A stretch of DNA of 64,000 bases, from the IMG/VR virus record IMGVR_UViG_3300029305_005254; one strand, 5' to 3'. Under the pieces are notes generated by a model, which was given only the letters and a program-made list of their open reading frames with translations, was not told where the DNA came from and made no database searches. The DNA comes from an uncultured virus (IMG/VR IMGVR_UViG_3300029305_005254) (Duplodnaviria; Heunggongvirae; Uroviricota; Caudoviricetes). This document shows positions 10,514 through 21,900 of this stretch, in pieces. Within the stretch, counting starts at the first letter, position 1; each line of letters starts with the position of its first letter. The translations under genes were made by a program, and so were the position numbers.

Positions 10514-12607
10514 CTACTTTTCTATTGATACACCTGTTTTGAATATTTCACTATTGCTTATATGTTCTGGTAACATAACCTTAACTATTGTAGAAACACT
10601 TTTATCTAAATGTACCATAAAAGCCTTATCATATATACTAGACAATTCCTCATCACTATCAAAACTTTCTGAATTACCATGCTTAGTTACTAAGGCATCT
10701 AAATCAGGCTTTAATAAAGGAACAGATAACTGTTTACATAACCTCTCTCTTGTCTCAGCACTTGCAATAGCTCCAATTGCAAAAGAAGAAACATTATCAA
10801 ATATAGCAAACTTATCATCATCTAAAAGCTCTTTTACATTATTAGTTACTATAAAGTTAACATCACCAAGCTTTCTACCACCTGTTACTGCTGTTTTTAT
10901 AGTTGTAGCTGAACCTGGGAATGAACCCCATCTCTGAAACTCTTCCCATACCTTAAAGTTAAACTTTCCTTGAGCCTTTGAAAATATACTTCGTATATAT
11001 GATATATTTGCTGCTGATAATTGTGATAAAGACATCTGAGTTTTATCTATAGTATCAGCAGATTTACCTGCCATACCAAAAGAGTTTATAACCAACTTAG
11101 CCTCAACTATATCCTTTAAAGTAACTTTCTTTCTAAATACATTATTTCTTATACCACCTTTTTCTAAAGGTTCAAAGTATTTTGAAAGCTTAGCAACTAC
11201 CTTATCTAATGCATTAAGGTATCCTGGATTAAGTTTATATCTCTCGCTTAACTCTAAATCATTGATATCTGTTATTCTTTGTTGTAAATCAAAATATTCT
11301 TGATATAACTCCTTAAATTTTGAGTACACATAGAACAAACCACCTGAATCTTGAGTGTATGTCCAAGATAACATATTATCCTCTTTTACCCCTAAATCAG
11401 CATAAGCCTTAGCTATTGCATTCTCCACAATATTCTCTGCCCATATATCTTCTGATAACAACTTCTCTCCAATTAAAACACATAAATATGAGCTTGTAAA
11501 ACTTTTACTTGTTTGAAACATATCCTCATCTAATATAGGATTACCTGTTAATACTATCTCAAATGGGTCGTAATAACATCCCTGACCTTCTGCCATATTT
11601 AAAACTACAACCTTGCTACAATTTGCCACATAAGAACCAAAAGGTATGTACTCAAAACCCTCAATATCATTGATAGTACCATTATAATCATCTGATGCAG
11701 TTAATTGAGATATTAAAAATTTTAATAAGTAAGATTTACCTCCACCTGTTTCAGCTGATATAAGAATTGTCTCGGCATCTGTAACATTCTTTTTAAATTG
11801 TTTATACACAGTAAAACCTGAGTAAATGTCTGTACCAAACATTACACCACCTTTACCAATTCTTCCTTGTTTATACCCACTGAATCTTGCTAACTGCTCA
11901 TCTGGTATAGTATTACTTCCAACCTTAGATAATATACCATTACCCAATTCCATTGAGAATGGGCTAAAAGCTCTTAAAAAATCTTGTATTTGCTCTTCTA
12001 CTCTTGTTATCAGTATTCCTTGGTTTTTACAATATTCTTTAACTCGCTCTATAGTCTTATCAAAGGCATCCCCTCTTTTACCTGCTATAACCATTAAGGT
12101 TCTATACTTAAAAAGATTTCTTCTTCTCCTTCTATCTGCGTCTGCTAGATATAACAAAGAATCTTTTCTTCTTTGAGTATTATCCATTGTCCCCATATGG
12201 TCTATATAATTATACTCGTCTACATTCTCTGTATTGTTATCTAAAGACCTCCAAACCCTTAATTTAGAACGCATCTGAGGACTATCCCAATCTATCTTAG
12301 TAGGTTCAAAAGTAGATATAAAAGATATTTTAACCCCATCTCCTGCTTCTAATCTTATCTCTGATTTAAATTTTATCGGAATTTCAGCTGGATACCCATC
12401 TATAGTGTAGTAATAGGTTATTAAATCTTTTTCACTCATAGTAGCATTACCATTTGAGTAGAAATTATAATTTCTTCTTTTAGGGTAAGTACTTACATCT
12501 CTTTTTATGTTCTTTATTATTTGCGATTTCCACAATTTAATAGCTGGTATTCTAGTTTTAGAATTTTCTACATTACCATAAAAACCTAGTAAACCTTTTC
12601 TTGCCAT
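10514..12607 (-). CDS. virB4: VirB4-like type IV secretion ATPase
   Basis: AETGGGKS Walker A; INDIEG; YYDPFEI; VWEEFQ Walker B; GRKLG. Confidence 0.8.
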   Translation of the reverse strand: MARKGLLGFYGNVENSKTRIPAIKLWKSQIIKNIKRDVSTYPKRRNYNFYSNGNATMSEKDLITYYYTIDGYPAEIPIKFKSEIRLEAGDGVKISFISTFEPTKIDWDSPQMRSKLRVWRSLDNNTENVDEYNYIDHMGTMDNTQRRKDSLLYLADADRRRRRNLFKYRTLMVIAGKRGDAFDKTIERVKEYCKNQGILITRVEEQIQDFLRAFSPFSMELGNGILSKVGSNTIPDEQLARFSGYKQGRIGKGGVMFGTDIYSGFTVYKQFKKNVTDAETILISAETGGGKSYLLKFLISQLTASDDYNGTINDIEGFEYIPFGSYVANCSKVVVLNMAEGQGCYYDPFEIVLTGNPILDEDMFQTSKSFTSSYLCVLIGEKLLSEDIWAENIVENAIAKAYADLGVKEDNMLSWTYTQDSGGLFYVYSKFKELYQEYFDLQQRITDINDLELSERYKLNPGYLNALDKVVAKLSKYFEPLEKGGIRNNVFRKKVTLKDIVEAKLVINSFGMAGKSADTIDKTQMSLSQLSAANISYIRSIFSKAQGKFNFKVWEEFQRWGSFPGSATTIKTAVTGGRKLGDVNFIVTNNVKELLDDDKFAIFDNVSSFAIGAIASAETRERLCKQLSVPLLKPDLDALVTKHGNSESFDSDEELSSIYDKAFMVHLDKSVSTIVKVMLPEHISNSEIFKTGVSIEK

Positions 12608-12619
12608 AACAAAACCCTC

Positions 12620-13834
12620 CTACTTGCTAAAACTTAAAGCTTCATAAGCAGACTTGTAATCTCTTAAATACATACGCTCTCGTTGTTCTACTTCTTTAGG
12701 GTAATCTTCTACATGAGATATAGTGAACATACTACCCTTAACTTCCTTTGGAAACATACTATACATAGCTTTTATATTAAAGTTCTCTAAATATGCTTCG
12801 CTTGCTAATGCAAACTTAACTGAACTACCCTTACAGTTCAATAAATGTTTGTTACTAGCCTTTAATTTGTCTAACACTATAAATGTATCATAATCAGCGT
12901 CATTTAATAACCTCTCCATTACATCTTTAGTAGGAAAGTTTGTAAATACAATATCACTATAATAACCTTTCATGGTATTTGCTGATGCTTGAGTAACCCA
13001 ATCATATTCTCTGTACATCGCTTCATACTGTTCTCCCACTGGACATAGTATTATTAACTTAGTTTTTAGCAATTTTGCACTTTCTAAATAAAGCCTTAGT
13101 CCTAGCATAAAAGGTACTAAATGAGGGAACATACCTATCTCTTTAACCCTTATTATATTGGACTCCTTCATATAAGATACTATTGGAAAGAAAAAAATAC
13201 TTTGAGAAGAAGTAATATTAGTTTTAGGAATAGTATCTTTCGCCTCCTTTAATTTTGCTAGAGTTTCTTCTAACTTTTGTCGTTCCTCTTCAACCTTAGA
13301 AACTAAATTTGCTGAATTAGCAAAAATCTCTGTAGCAGTCTCTGATAATTGTAATAACTCTAAATCTTTCTGCTTATAGTCCTCGACCATACCTGCAACT
13401 GCTGACTTGACCACAGAAAGATACTCTTTATTAAAACTAGAACTACCATCTCGCAAATACCTGTTAAAAAACTCACTAACAGTATTTACCCCTCCTAGTT
13501 CGACTATTGCTGTAACACCACTTAAGTTATCTATCAAGTTTCTTAACTCTGAACCACTTTCTAAGAAGAATTCATCATCAAAATACTTACCTCCTGAACC
13601 TACTACAATCATCTGTATAGCTGTTTCAACAGATTCACGCTCACGAATGTATATCATAGTCTTAGCTAGTTTTTTCAACTGAGTTAAGTATTTTACTTTC
13701 TCTTCTTCACTTTCATTACTCTTATGTATTACCAAACAATCAATCTCACCTGTTAAAGATAGAACATCTTTTAACTTAGGTAATTTCATAAAACCACTAT
13801 AATTTATAGCATTATTAGATACAACAACATACAT
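12620..13834 (-). CDS. Hypothetical protein (receiver-like N-terminus, coiled coil, degenerate P-loop-like C-terminus)
   Basis: Central heptad region; DYDTFIVLD; no Walker A. Confidence 0.6.
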   Translation of the reverse strand: MYVVVSNNAINYSGFMKLPKLKDVLSLTGEIDCLVIHKSNESEEEKVKYLTQLKKLAKTMIYIRERESVETAIQMIVVGSGGKYFDDEFFLESGSELRNLIDNLSGVTAIVELGGVNTVSEFFNRYLRDGSSSFNKEYLSVVKSAVAGMVEDYKQKDLELLQLSETATEIFANSANLVSKVEEERQKLEETLAKLKEAKDTIPKTNITSSQSIFFFPIVSYMKESNIIRVKEIGMFPHLVPFMLGLRLYLESAKLLKTKLIILCPVGEQYEAMYREYDWVTQASANTMKGYYSDIVFTNFPTKDVMERLLNDADYDTFIVLDKLKASNKHLLNCKGSSVKFALASEAYLENFNIKAMYSMFPKEVKGSMFTISHVEDYPKEVEQRERMYLRDYKSAYEALSFSK

Positions 13835-13848
13835 TTTTAATACACCCC

Positions 13849-15336
13849 CTAAATACCGATTCTATTTAACCAACTACCATTTGCGAATAGACACATATTA
13901 GTTAACCTATCGATATCATATTGATTATAATTATTTAAATCCAAAAGACAAGTATCCATTATAAGCTTCTCCTTAGATAAACTTAAGTTACACCTAGAAG
14001 TTAATAATTTAGTTGTAGATATGTAATCCACTAAATTCCTTCCTGGATTTAATATTATATTGTTATTAAATAAACAATATTCAGATAATACAGAAACACA
14101 ATCTAATGGACAATAAATATATACCATATCATATTGATGAATTAAAGAACTATTAAGCACAGAATCTATATCTTTCTCATTCATACAAACCCCATACTCA
14201 TTTGATATTACATCTATATTACCTACTCTAATAGGATTAAAAGCATTTAAGCTACAGTTATACCCTTTATTTTCTATATAAGAGAGTAGAGCTCCTTCTT
14301 TATAGTCTGCATTTATTATTAACACTTTAGCATTATCAATAGTTGCTATTTTATCAGCTTCTTTCATTAAATCTTCGTGAACAGAACTATTTCTTAAAGA
14401 TAGAATTATGTCTATTTTAGACTTTGCTTGTATACTTGGACTTTGTAATACTACATTATTTACAACTTGATTACTATTTGAATCAGGTTGTATAGTAGGT
14501 TGGGAAACAATAAAACTCTCCTCTTTATCAACCTTTACCTCTTCTCTGCTTTTAATAAACTCTTTTAAATCTTCCTCGTCATCATCGTCTAAAAATCCAG
14601 TGTCAGAATGACTACTTCCAAAAGAACCTAAAGATAAATCTTCACCCATATCACTAAAATTATCTTCCAAATCATCTCCCACACCAACCCTAACTGGACT
14701 AACATTGTTGAAATCTGATTTTATAAAATTTTCATTTGAAAATACTTTAGAAATATTAAGCATTTCCCCTGTATTAACAATAGAAGAAGAGGTGTTATCA
14801 GAGATTATTTCTTTTGAATTATCTCCATACATCTCTCCTGAATTTGAGCTAATGCTTTCATCTATCTCACCACTAGAATAAGAATCTAAATTTTTACCTA
14901 AATTATTATATATCTCCTTTTTACTAGGAAAATAAGTTTCTTGTATATATACTATCTCATGAGTTAAAAGCTCTGCTAGAGTTCTAGTTGTGGCTGTACC
15001 CATTTCGGCTATGGTGTACATAGGAGAATTGAATACTTTACAAAAGTACTCCATTACTTCTCTAGCATTATCGAGTTTTGAATTGATGATTACTACCACT
15101 TCTGTGGAAGAAGAATAGTTTTTTATAAAGTCATTTAATTCATTTAAGTCCCCTACAGTATCCTTTATTATAGTATTAGATATAATTATTCTTTTAAAGT
15201 TTAAATGTCTTAAACTAGCCTCCTTAACAATATCCTGAATAGTATCAAAAGTATGAAAAGTAATATTGTCTAAAGCCTTACATATATTTGCTATTGCACC
15301 CTTGCTACTTTTACCTATTGAAAAACATACAACCAT
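13849..15336 (-). CDS. Degenerate MinD/ParA (CpaE/TadZ-like) protein
   Basis: KVLIINADY and YDMVYIYCP resemble MinD-family motifs; no GKT. Confidence 0.5.
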   Translation of the reverse strand: MVVCFSIGKSSKGAIANICKALDNITFHTFDTIQDIVKEASLRHLNFKRIIISNTIIKDTVGDLNELNDFIKNYSSSTEVVVIINSKLDNAREVMEYFCKVFNSPMYTIAEMGTATTRTLAELLTHEIVYIQETYFPSKKEIYNNLGKNLDSYSSGEIDESISSNSGEMYGDNSKEIISDNTSSSIVNTGEMLNISKVFSNENFIKSDFNNVSPVRVGVGDDLEDNFSDMGEDLSLGSFGSSHSDTGFLDDDDEEDLKEFIKSREEVKVDKEESFIVSQPTIQPDSNSNQVVNNVVLQSPSIQAKSKIDIILSLRNSSVHEDLMKEADKIATIDNAKVLIINADYKEGALLSYIENKGYNCSLNAFNPIRVGNIDVISNEYGVCMNEKDIDSVLNSSLIHQYDMVYIYCPLDCVSVLSEYCLFNNNIILNPGRNLVDYISTTKLLTSRCNLSLSKEKLIMDTCLLDLNNYNQYDIDRLTNMCLFANGSWLNRIGI

Positions 15337-15348
15337 ATCAAAATCTCC

Positions 15349-16437
15349 TTACTCATCTAAATTTATTTCGTCATCCCAATTAAAATCTTCACCTAAATCT
15401 CCTATATCTGGATATACAGACTGCTTACTTAGTTTTCTTCCTTGCTGTTTTTGTATCTCCACTCTTCTTTCTTCTAAAGCTCTTTCTTCCCGTTTTTCCT
15501 TTAGTGTTTTACCTAATGTTTCTACCTCTCCATTAGCCTTTTCCAACCTGATAGGAACAATACCTGAACTTAGCTTAGAATCAAAGGAATTAAGCATTGC
15601 AAAAACTGCACTAAACTCTTTAAGATTAAATACAGATTTCGGTAGTTCTCGTAACTCCTCTTCATTAAGTAACTGATAACTTCTGTAATTTGCTTGCATA
15701 AAACAATTAAGTATAGATTTAATAGTGTTCCAAGCAACCCTGTCACTGCCTTTCCATAAGAACACATATGCATCATAAGTTGTTACCCTTTTAGACATTT
15801 GGTCTTTCTGATAACTGTATATATCTGTTAATAAATCCCTCATATCAGGGTTACTTACATTATTTAAAGACTCAAAACTTGCATCTAGTCTTTCATCATT
15901 ACCTATTACATCCATATAATCTACGTGACACATTTGTATATTACTTGAACCACATATATTATATGCGTCTGCTATAGCTTCGAAATGTTCATGCTCAGCA
16001 TCATTATACTTTCCTAGAATTACATCTTTATTTAACTTTACTATAATACCACTCTTACCATTTCTAAATCTACAAATATATGGATATTGATTAGATATGT
16101 CATAAATACCCCATATTTCTCTTATGTTTAATTTATAGTCGTTATCCTTTATTGTGATAGCTTCTGATCTAACATTACCTTCCTTTAATAGAAAAAACCT
16201 TACTATGAAAATAGTGAAATATATAATCACCACACCTATAGCAAAATTAGTTAAGAAAAATCCTCTCTTGCTAAAAATAGTACCTATACCTATTATAAAA
16301 CCTATTATCATTATAACCACAGACCATATTTTAGTAGTACTTACTTTATCTCTTCTCCCTCCTGAGTAATCAAAAGTTAAAGGGAGAATTAGAGTAGTTT
16401 GACCTTTCCTTGGTCTCATTCCTGATATATCTGACAT
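15349..16437 (-). CDS. Two-TM transfer-region protein (VirB3/PrgI/TcpE-like position)
   Basis: Two N-terminal TM helices plus a cytoplasmic domain; start moved to the ATG at 16437 on RBS spacing. Confidence 0.5.
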   Translation of the reverse strand: MSDISGMRPRKGQTTLILPLTFDYSGGRRDKVSTTKIWSVVIMIIGFIIGIGTIFSKRGFFLTNFAIGVVIIYFTIFIVRFFLLKEGNVRSEAITIKDNDYKLNIREIWGIYDISNQYPYICRFRNGKSGIIVKLNKDVILGKYNDAEHEHFEAIADAYNICGSSNIQMCHVDYMDVIGNDERLDASFESLNNVSNPDMRDLLTDIYSYQKDQMSKRVTTYDAYVFLWKGSDRVAWNTIKSILNCFMQANYRSYQLLNEEELRELPKSVFNLKEFSAVFAMLNSFDSKLSSGIVPIRLEKANGEVETLGKTLKEKREERALEERRVEIQKQQGRKLSKQSVYPDIGDLGEDFNWDDEINLDE

Positions 16438-16450
16438 ATACAACCTCCTA

Positions 16451-16876
16451 TTAAAAACTTAAATAACTATAAGAAACTACAGTTAATAAAACAAACACAA
16501 CAATCTCTAGAACTATATACCCTATTGAGAAGATTAACAATAAGTTTCTTATGCAAGATATTACAAACTTTAATGCTAATATAGTAGCCTTAGTAGATAC
16601 TTTTGCAATAGGCATTATCACTTCCATTGTAGTTTTAGCTGCATTATTTATTGTAACCGATGCTTTAGCTATAGTATCTACAGAATTCTCTACAATAGTA
16701 GTATCTTTATCTGTTTTAGACAAGATACTTTTACTAGCTTCTGCTACTTCAACATCCAACCTTGACTTTATATCAGCAACTCTCTTACCCACTTGGTAAG
16801 AGAGTTCTATACCTACTAACGATAATTTTAATGCTAATTCTAATAAGGTTAAAAAGATTATTAAAGCTATTAACAT
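16451..16876 (-). CDS. Membrane protein
   Basis: Hydrophobic N- and C-termini. Confidence 0.65.
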   Translation of the reverse strand: MLIALIIFLTLLELALKLSLVGIELSYQVGKRVADIKSRLDVEVAEASKSILSKTDKDTTIVENSVDTIAKASVTINNAAKTTMEVIMPIAKVSTKATILALKFVISCIRNLLLIFSIGYIVLEIVVFVLLTVVSYSYLSF

Positions 16877-16887
16877 ATAATCACCCC

Positions 16888-19800
16888 TTAATTTTCTTGA
16901 TTAGAACCTAGCTTTTTACTACCTGATTTAATTGTATTGTTTATTCTAGATGTACCTTCTTTAGAATTCTTTTTATTTCTATCTGACTTGCTTTCTCTGT
17001 AAGTTTCTCTAGTAGCCTCATTTATTCTAGCTGATTCTTCGTGTTTTCCTTCAGCTACATCAATACTTCCCCTTTGAGCTGCTCTAGATGATACCTTATT
17101 TGAACCTGTTTCGTTATAAGAACTTCCACCTAGAGAAGAACTACTTCCATTCTTTGCATTAGATATCTTACTAGAAACAAAACCACCTACTTGAGAGAAT
17201 GTTCCTCCTATTGCACCTGATACAAACGATTTAGCTAATGAGAAATTCTGTTTTACATCAGACCAAACATTTTTTATTATCTTCCAATATAATGCTATGC
17301 AAATAAGGTCTAACGCTGTTATAATTAACATAACTATAACTGGGTCACCCATTTGTATTACAATCTGTTTACTTTGAGTTACTGCATTATTTCCTGTACC
17401 CATAAACAGTGATAATATCCAAGCAAATCCTACATTTATAGCTAAATAAGATACCATTGGAACTAATAAACTCTTTATTAACTTAGGTATGAATTTTTGT
17501 CTTGGGTCTACTCTAAATGCTGTTACTAATATTAATAATATTGAAGATACAAATATTAACATTATTATAAATATCTTAACAGCTGGCAGAGCATACTGAG
17601 AACAAATATCACTTATTATATACATAATAGCTGTAGTTGTACTAGATTTCTCTACTACTGCCATATAAAAATCTTCTTGATTGGTTAAATCTTCACCCAA
17701 TGAATTTGCTAAGATAAATCTTAAAAATGCATCGTAAGAAAAGTTACTTATCTCAAAACACTGAGGGTATAAATTTATACTCTCACCTAATAAGTTTGTT
17801 TCACTAAACACAGAATTAAATACAAATGTACAATTTATTGCTGCAGATGTATTTAAGGTTAAATCGCTAAAATTATAATAGTTAAGTAACTCATACATAC
17901 TTTCTTCCATTTGTCTATTACACTCTAAAATCTTTCTCTCCACTTCAGTTAAGTCAGCTTCTGTTAAACCGTAATTAGCCATCTCACTTTCAGAAAATAC
18001 CATTGGTCTAGCCTCAGGATAACTTGCTGGGTTTATAGGGTCTTGAACAACATATTTTTCCCCCATTACTGTAATTGTCTCTGGCTGAGCATAAGAACAA
18101 TCATACATTAAATCTACCCATGGGGAGTATATGTTGTACAATCTTGCTACATTAAGATTGTGCCAATATTTCTGCTGTAATTCAGGACTTGCGAGTATAT
18201 CTGGGTCATTTTGATGCCCCTCTTCAGTAGGAACACCTTCATATATGAATATTCCATAAACATCATCCCACTCTCTAACTATATCATTACCTGCTTTTAA
18301 GTAAGGTATTATATATGTAAACAAAGATCTCATATCCATAAAATCCTTTAATTCCCCATTACCATAATACTCTTTAGTACCTTGCTGAGATACTGAGATA
18401 CTGTTACTATCACTTAAATTGTAGAAGAAACCACCGTCTTCTTCCCCTAATAATAAACTCTTATAACCTCCCTTTGCACCTGAAGATGTACTCATACCCA
18501 TATCATATAAGCACCATGAATAATAGTAGTAAGGACTTTCAGACATTAAACCATAAGCTGCAAGACCTGAAAGCTCTTTTTCTACATCTGAACCATAATG
18601 AGCAAAAATATCTACTAAACCATCTCTATCTTTTGCATTTGTTGTTAATGTGTCGACAAACTCTTTATCTGATACATTAAACATAGCTAAATCAAAATTA
18701 AACAAATCTTGGTGTAGACCTACATAATCATTAATTGTTAAGTCTTTGATAGTTCCTTTTTGAGATAAAGCATTGTTATAAATGTGACTTGACATAGGCT
18801 TTATTAATCTTAAATCTTTTACACTCTTGTTAGTGTAACCATAAGCTACATCCCATAATAAAGAACTTGACATACCTGCTATGGAATCCTGTAGGCTAGA
18901 ATTTAAATTATCTGTACAAACAGTGGAGTAAGAGTCCTTAGTACCATTATCTATACCATAATAAATAAATCTACTAAAGTTGCCCAAATCTGTGTAGCTT
19001 CTATACATATATAAAGCATCTGAATTTAGATAATATTCCCCTGACATAGTATTTGTATTTAATACTAAGTTTAACAATCTTGAATTAGATAAACTATCTA
19101 AAACAGTCTGGTCTTTAGAAGTTAAAGCTAGAGATGCCATTTTCTTAGGGGCTTGCCACTTTAATACAATAGAATCTCCACCCTGGTTAGCATAAGTTGA
19201 ATTATTAATAGCATATAATTCCCTCAAATAATTAGAATATGTCTCAGCATTTATAGCATCGTCTAATTTCTTAACATAAGATTCTTGTTGTATTACTGCC
19301 CAATAGGTAAATTTATTACTATAAATTTTTTGAGATATGCTGTTACCTATACTTACTGCATTACTCATTAAAGAAACAGGTATGAATAAAAAGACTGCAA
19401 AAATTATAACCCCAAAAATAGCCTTTTGAATCTGTAGAATACCTGCTACATAAGAAAATAGCATTATAACAATCATTGCTACTATTAAATAAGGTATTAT
19501 TTTATTATATAAATTTATTAAAGTAGCAGTCCATTGTATTTCTGATAAATCTGGTGTTGTTACAAAACCTATAGCACTTCTATACTGAGTAGTTCCTGAT
19601 ATTGCACCTACCCCATTGGTTCCTACCATATCATTGTGCCAACCTACTAAAAGAGCATTTGTCTTATTCTTTATAAGTAAGCTAACATAATCAAGACCTT
19701 TTGTTGGGTGTAGTAAATAGTAAGTCCAATCTCTTATTTGTTTCTCCAACATAAGAGATTCCATATTGTTTGGTATTTCTATGGCATTATTATCTATACT

Positions 19801-21882
19801 TACTAACTCTTCCTTATTTATCCTAAAACCTAGTTGACCTATAGTATTTTTCTTATCTTCCGAAGAACTACCATACAATCCTGCTATAGCATAAGTAGAA
19901 TATAAAGATGCCGTTGCACTCTCACTAACATTTATACTACTGTTTATAGAACCTGACTGGATAACGCTAAAACCATTTACAAAACCATTTAAAGGATCTT
20001 CTTTAAAACTTTCTAACATTAAAGGAGTAGTACCATCCTCTGACATATATTTATCTACATTTAATACTGAAAAATCTGATTTTCCACCACTATCAAATTT
20101 ATAAGCTCCCAAATTATCTATATAAACTAATTGATTTATAAACTCAAAATCACTATCTGCATTATATATAGTATCCGTGTACCAACAAGATATTGAAGAT
20201 ACATCATACTTATTACCTAAATCATCGTCAGCACCGTATATACCATCTATACCATTATCCTCATCTCCTGCAACAAAATCAGGCAAAACATCTGCCTCGC
20301 TATCTCTAGTTCTATTGCAAGATGCAAAATAAGAAAAATCTTCTGGGTTATTTTCCTGAAAACCTCTTTGAGCTTTTATTGCAATACTATAAAAATCTGC
20401 ATCTTTTGTAAAAGTACCCATTACAATTTCTTGTAATTTATACTCACCTGAACCTCTTAACACCCTTAAAGGAAAACCTTCCCTGGTCTCACCTATAGAA
20501 TTATCTGCATACCAATTGCCTGATACATGTATTGTCTCAGATGTTTCAATTTCTTGCAATTTACCTCTTATATTTGACAAGTCAGGTGTTCCTAACATTG
20601 TACCATGGGAATATCTTTCCGCCAATAACTCGTCTTTTAGTACAAACTCACCTGAGTCTGCTAAACTCATAGAATAGAAATTAATAAGATTATAGTATTT
20701 TCCACTAGCTTCATCCCTATCTTTACCTTCTTCATCTACCAACTTCCATGTATAAGGATTCATACACCCTGGAACAGCTATATACTGGTGATTAAAACCT
20801 TTTTGTATTATACTTCCAAAACAATCTACATACATGCTAGTGCCATATATACTACAATTATACACTTCTGATTCAGATAAATTAGAAAGAATACTTTGTA
20901 ATTCTGAAGAGTCTTCGGCTTCTTTAGATGTGAAATCAAAAAAACTGAAACCGTACCCTTTAGATATGTCTACAGATGCTAAACATTGTAAAAAAGATAT
21001 TTGACTTGCAGTGAATTCATTTTCAAATGAACAATCAAACATAGGTATTACATTACCTTTTTCATCCTCATAGCAAAAATATCCATACTTATAATACTCT
21101 TCTCCACTTCTCTTTAAGTCAGCATAAAAATAACTATAGTTTTCGCCTGTATCTATATTCTCACCATAATAATCTTTATGTAATATACTATTTATAGTTG
21201 GGTTAGACCAAGAAAACACTATAGATTCACTTGGAATATCTTCATCACCAAAAGGATAGGAGTACATGTAAGATATAGGAGGTGATTGATATTCAACAGA
21301 ACCGATTTCAGGTATCTCTATCACTCCAAAGTTTATATCATACCCTTGAAATACAGCTTCGTACTGACCTAACATAAGTCTTAAAAAGTTAAAGTAATTT
21401 ACTTTAAAGTTTTTTACTTCTACTAGATTCTCCCCTGAGTGATCTGTACCTACATAGAACTTAAGCTCCTTGCAATTACTTCTTGATAAGCCCATTATCT
21501 TCTCTGCTAGCAGATAAGCTGTCTCTTCTTCAAACTTCATATTATTTTGAAGAGCCTCTACCATCTGATCAACTATTTCTTCATTTTTTTCTGACTCTGT
21601 GACTCCAAGCTCTGTTCCAAAAGGAATGTAAAAATTAGATAAATATACCCCTAAAAATCTTAATTCGTCTTCTGTTAAATCTTCTAGGTAGTTTATTTCC
21701 CCATTAGTACTCTGCCCCTGTGCTAACTTAATAAATGTACCTACCCTATCATTAGCTCCGTCTGCCTGAGCTCTCTCAAACATAAAATTCACTAAACTTG
21801 TATACAACAATGTCAATACTGCTAAACTTAAAGCAATATACCCCTTTGCCTTTCTATACCACTTCTTAAACTTTAACTTCAT
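16888..21882 (-). CDS. Giant polytopic membrane protein, candidate extended VirB6-like
   Basis: Signal/TM segment, two large soluble domains separated by TM pairs, C-terminal TM cluster and charged tail. Confidence 0.55.
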   Translation of the reverse strand: MKLKFKKWYRKAKGYIALSLAVLTLLYTSLVNFMFERAQADGANDRVGTFIKLAQGQSTNGEINYLEDLTEDELRFLGVYLSNFYIPFGTELGVTESEKNEEIVDQMVEALQNNMKFEEETAYLLAEKIMGLSRSNCKELKFYVGTDHSGENLVEVKNFKVNYFNFLRLMLGQYEAVFQGYDINFGVIEIPEIGSVEYQSPPISYMYSYPFGDEDIPSESIVFSWSNPTINSILHKDYYGENIDTGENYSYFYADLKRSGEEYYKYGYFCYEDEKGNVIPMFDCSFENEFTASQISFLQCLASVDISKGYGFSFFDFTSKEAEDSSELQSILSNLSESEVYNCSIYGTSMYVDCFGSIIQKGFNHQYIAVPGCMNPYTWKLVDEEGKDRDEASGKYYNLINFYSMSLADSGEFVLKDELLAERYSHGTMLGTPDLSNIRGKLQEIETSETIHVSGNWYADNSIGETREGFPLRVLRGSGEYKLQEIVMGTFTKDADFYSIAIKAQRGFQENNPEDFSYFASCNRTRDSEADVLPDFVAGDEDNGIDGIYGADDDLGNKYDVSSISCWYTDTIYNADSDFEFINQLVYIDNLGAYKFDSGGKSDFSVLNVDKYMSEDGTTPLMLESFKEDPLNGFVNGFSVIQSGSINSSINVSESATASLYSTYAIAGLYGSSSEDKKNTIGQLGFRINKEELVSIDNNAIEIPNNMESLMLEKQIRDWTYYLLHPTKGLDYVSLLIKNKTNALLVGWHNDMVGTNGVGAISGTTQYRSAIGFVTTPDLSEIQWTATLINLYNKIIPYLIVAMIVIMLFSYVAGILQIQKAIFGVIIFAVFLFIPVSLMSNAVSIGNSISQKIYSNKFTYWAVIQQESYVKKLDDAINAETYSNYLRELYAINNSTYANQGGDSIVLKWQAPKKMASLALTSKDQTVLDSLSNSRLLNLVLNTNTMSGEYYLNSDALYMYRSYTDLGNFSRFIYYGIDNGTKDSYSTVCTDNLNSSLQDSIAGMSSSLLWDVAYGYTNKSVKDLRLIKPMSSHIYNNALSQKGTIKDLTINDYVGLHQDLFNFDLAMFNVSDKEFVDTLTTNAKDRDGLVDIFAHYGSDVEKELSGLAAYGLMSESPYYYYSWCLYDMGMSTSSGAKGGYKSLLLGEEDGGFFYNLSDSNSISVSQQGTKEYYGNGELKDFMDMRSLFTYIIPYLKAGNDIVREWDDVYGIFIYEGVPTEEGHQNDPDILASPELQQKYWHNLNVARLYNIYSPWVDLMYDCSYAQPETITVMGEKYVVQDPINPASYPEARPMVFSESEMANYGLTEADLTEVERKILECNRQMEESMYELLNYYNFSDLTLNTSAAINCTFVFNSVFSETNLLGESINLYPQCFEISNFSYDAFLRFILANSLGEDLTNQEDFYMAVVEKSSTTTAIMYIISDICSQYALPAVKIFIIMLIFVSSILLILVTAFRVDPRQKFIPKLIKSLLVPMVSYLAINVGFAWILSLFMGTGNNAVTQSKQIVIQMGDPVIVMLIITALDLICIALYWKIIKNVWSDVKQNFSLAKSFVSGAIGGTFSQVGGFVSSKISNAKNGSSSSLGGSSYNETGSNKVSSRAAQRGSIDVAEGKHEESARINEATRETYRESKSDRNKKNSKEGTSRINNTIKSGSKKLGSNQEN

Positions 21883-21900
21883 TTATACAACCTCCTATCT

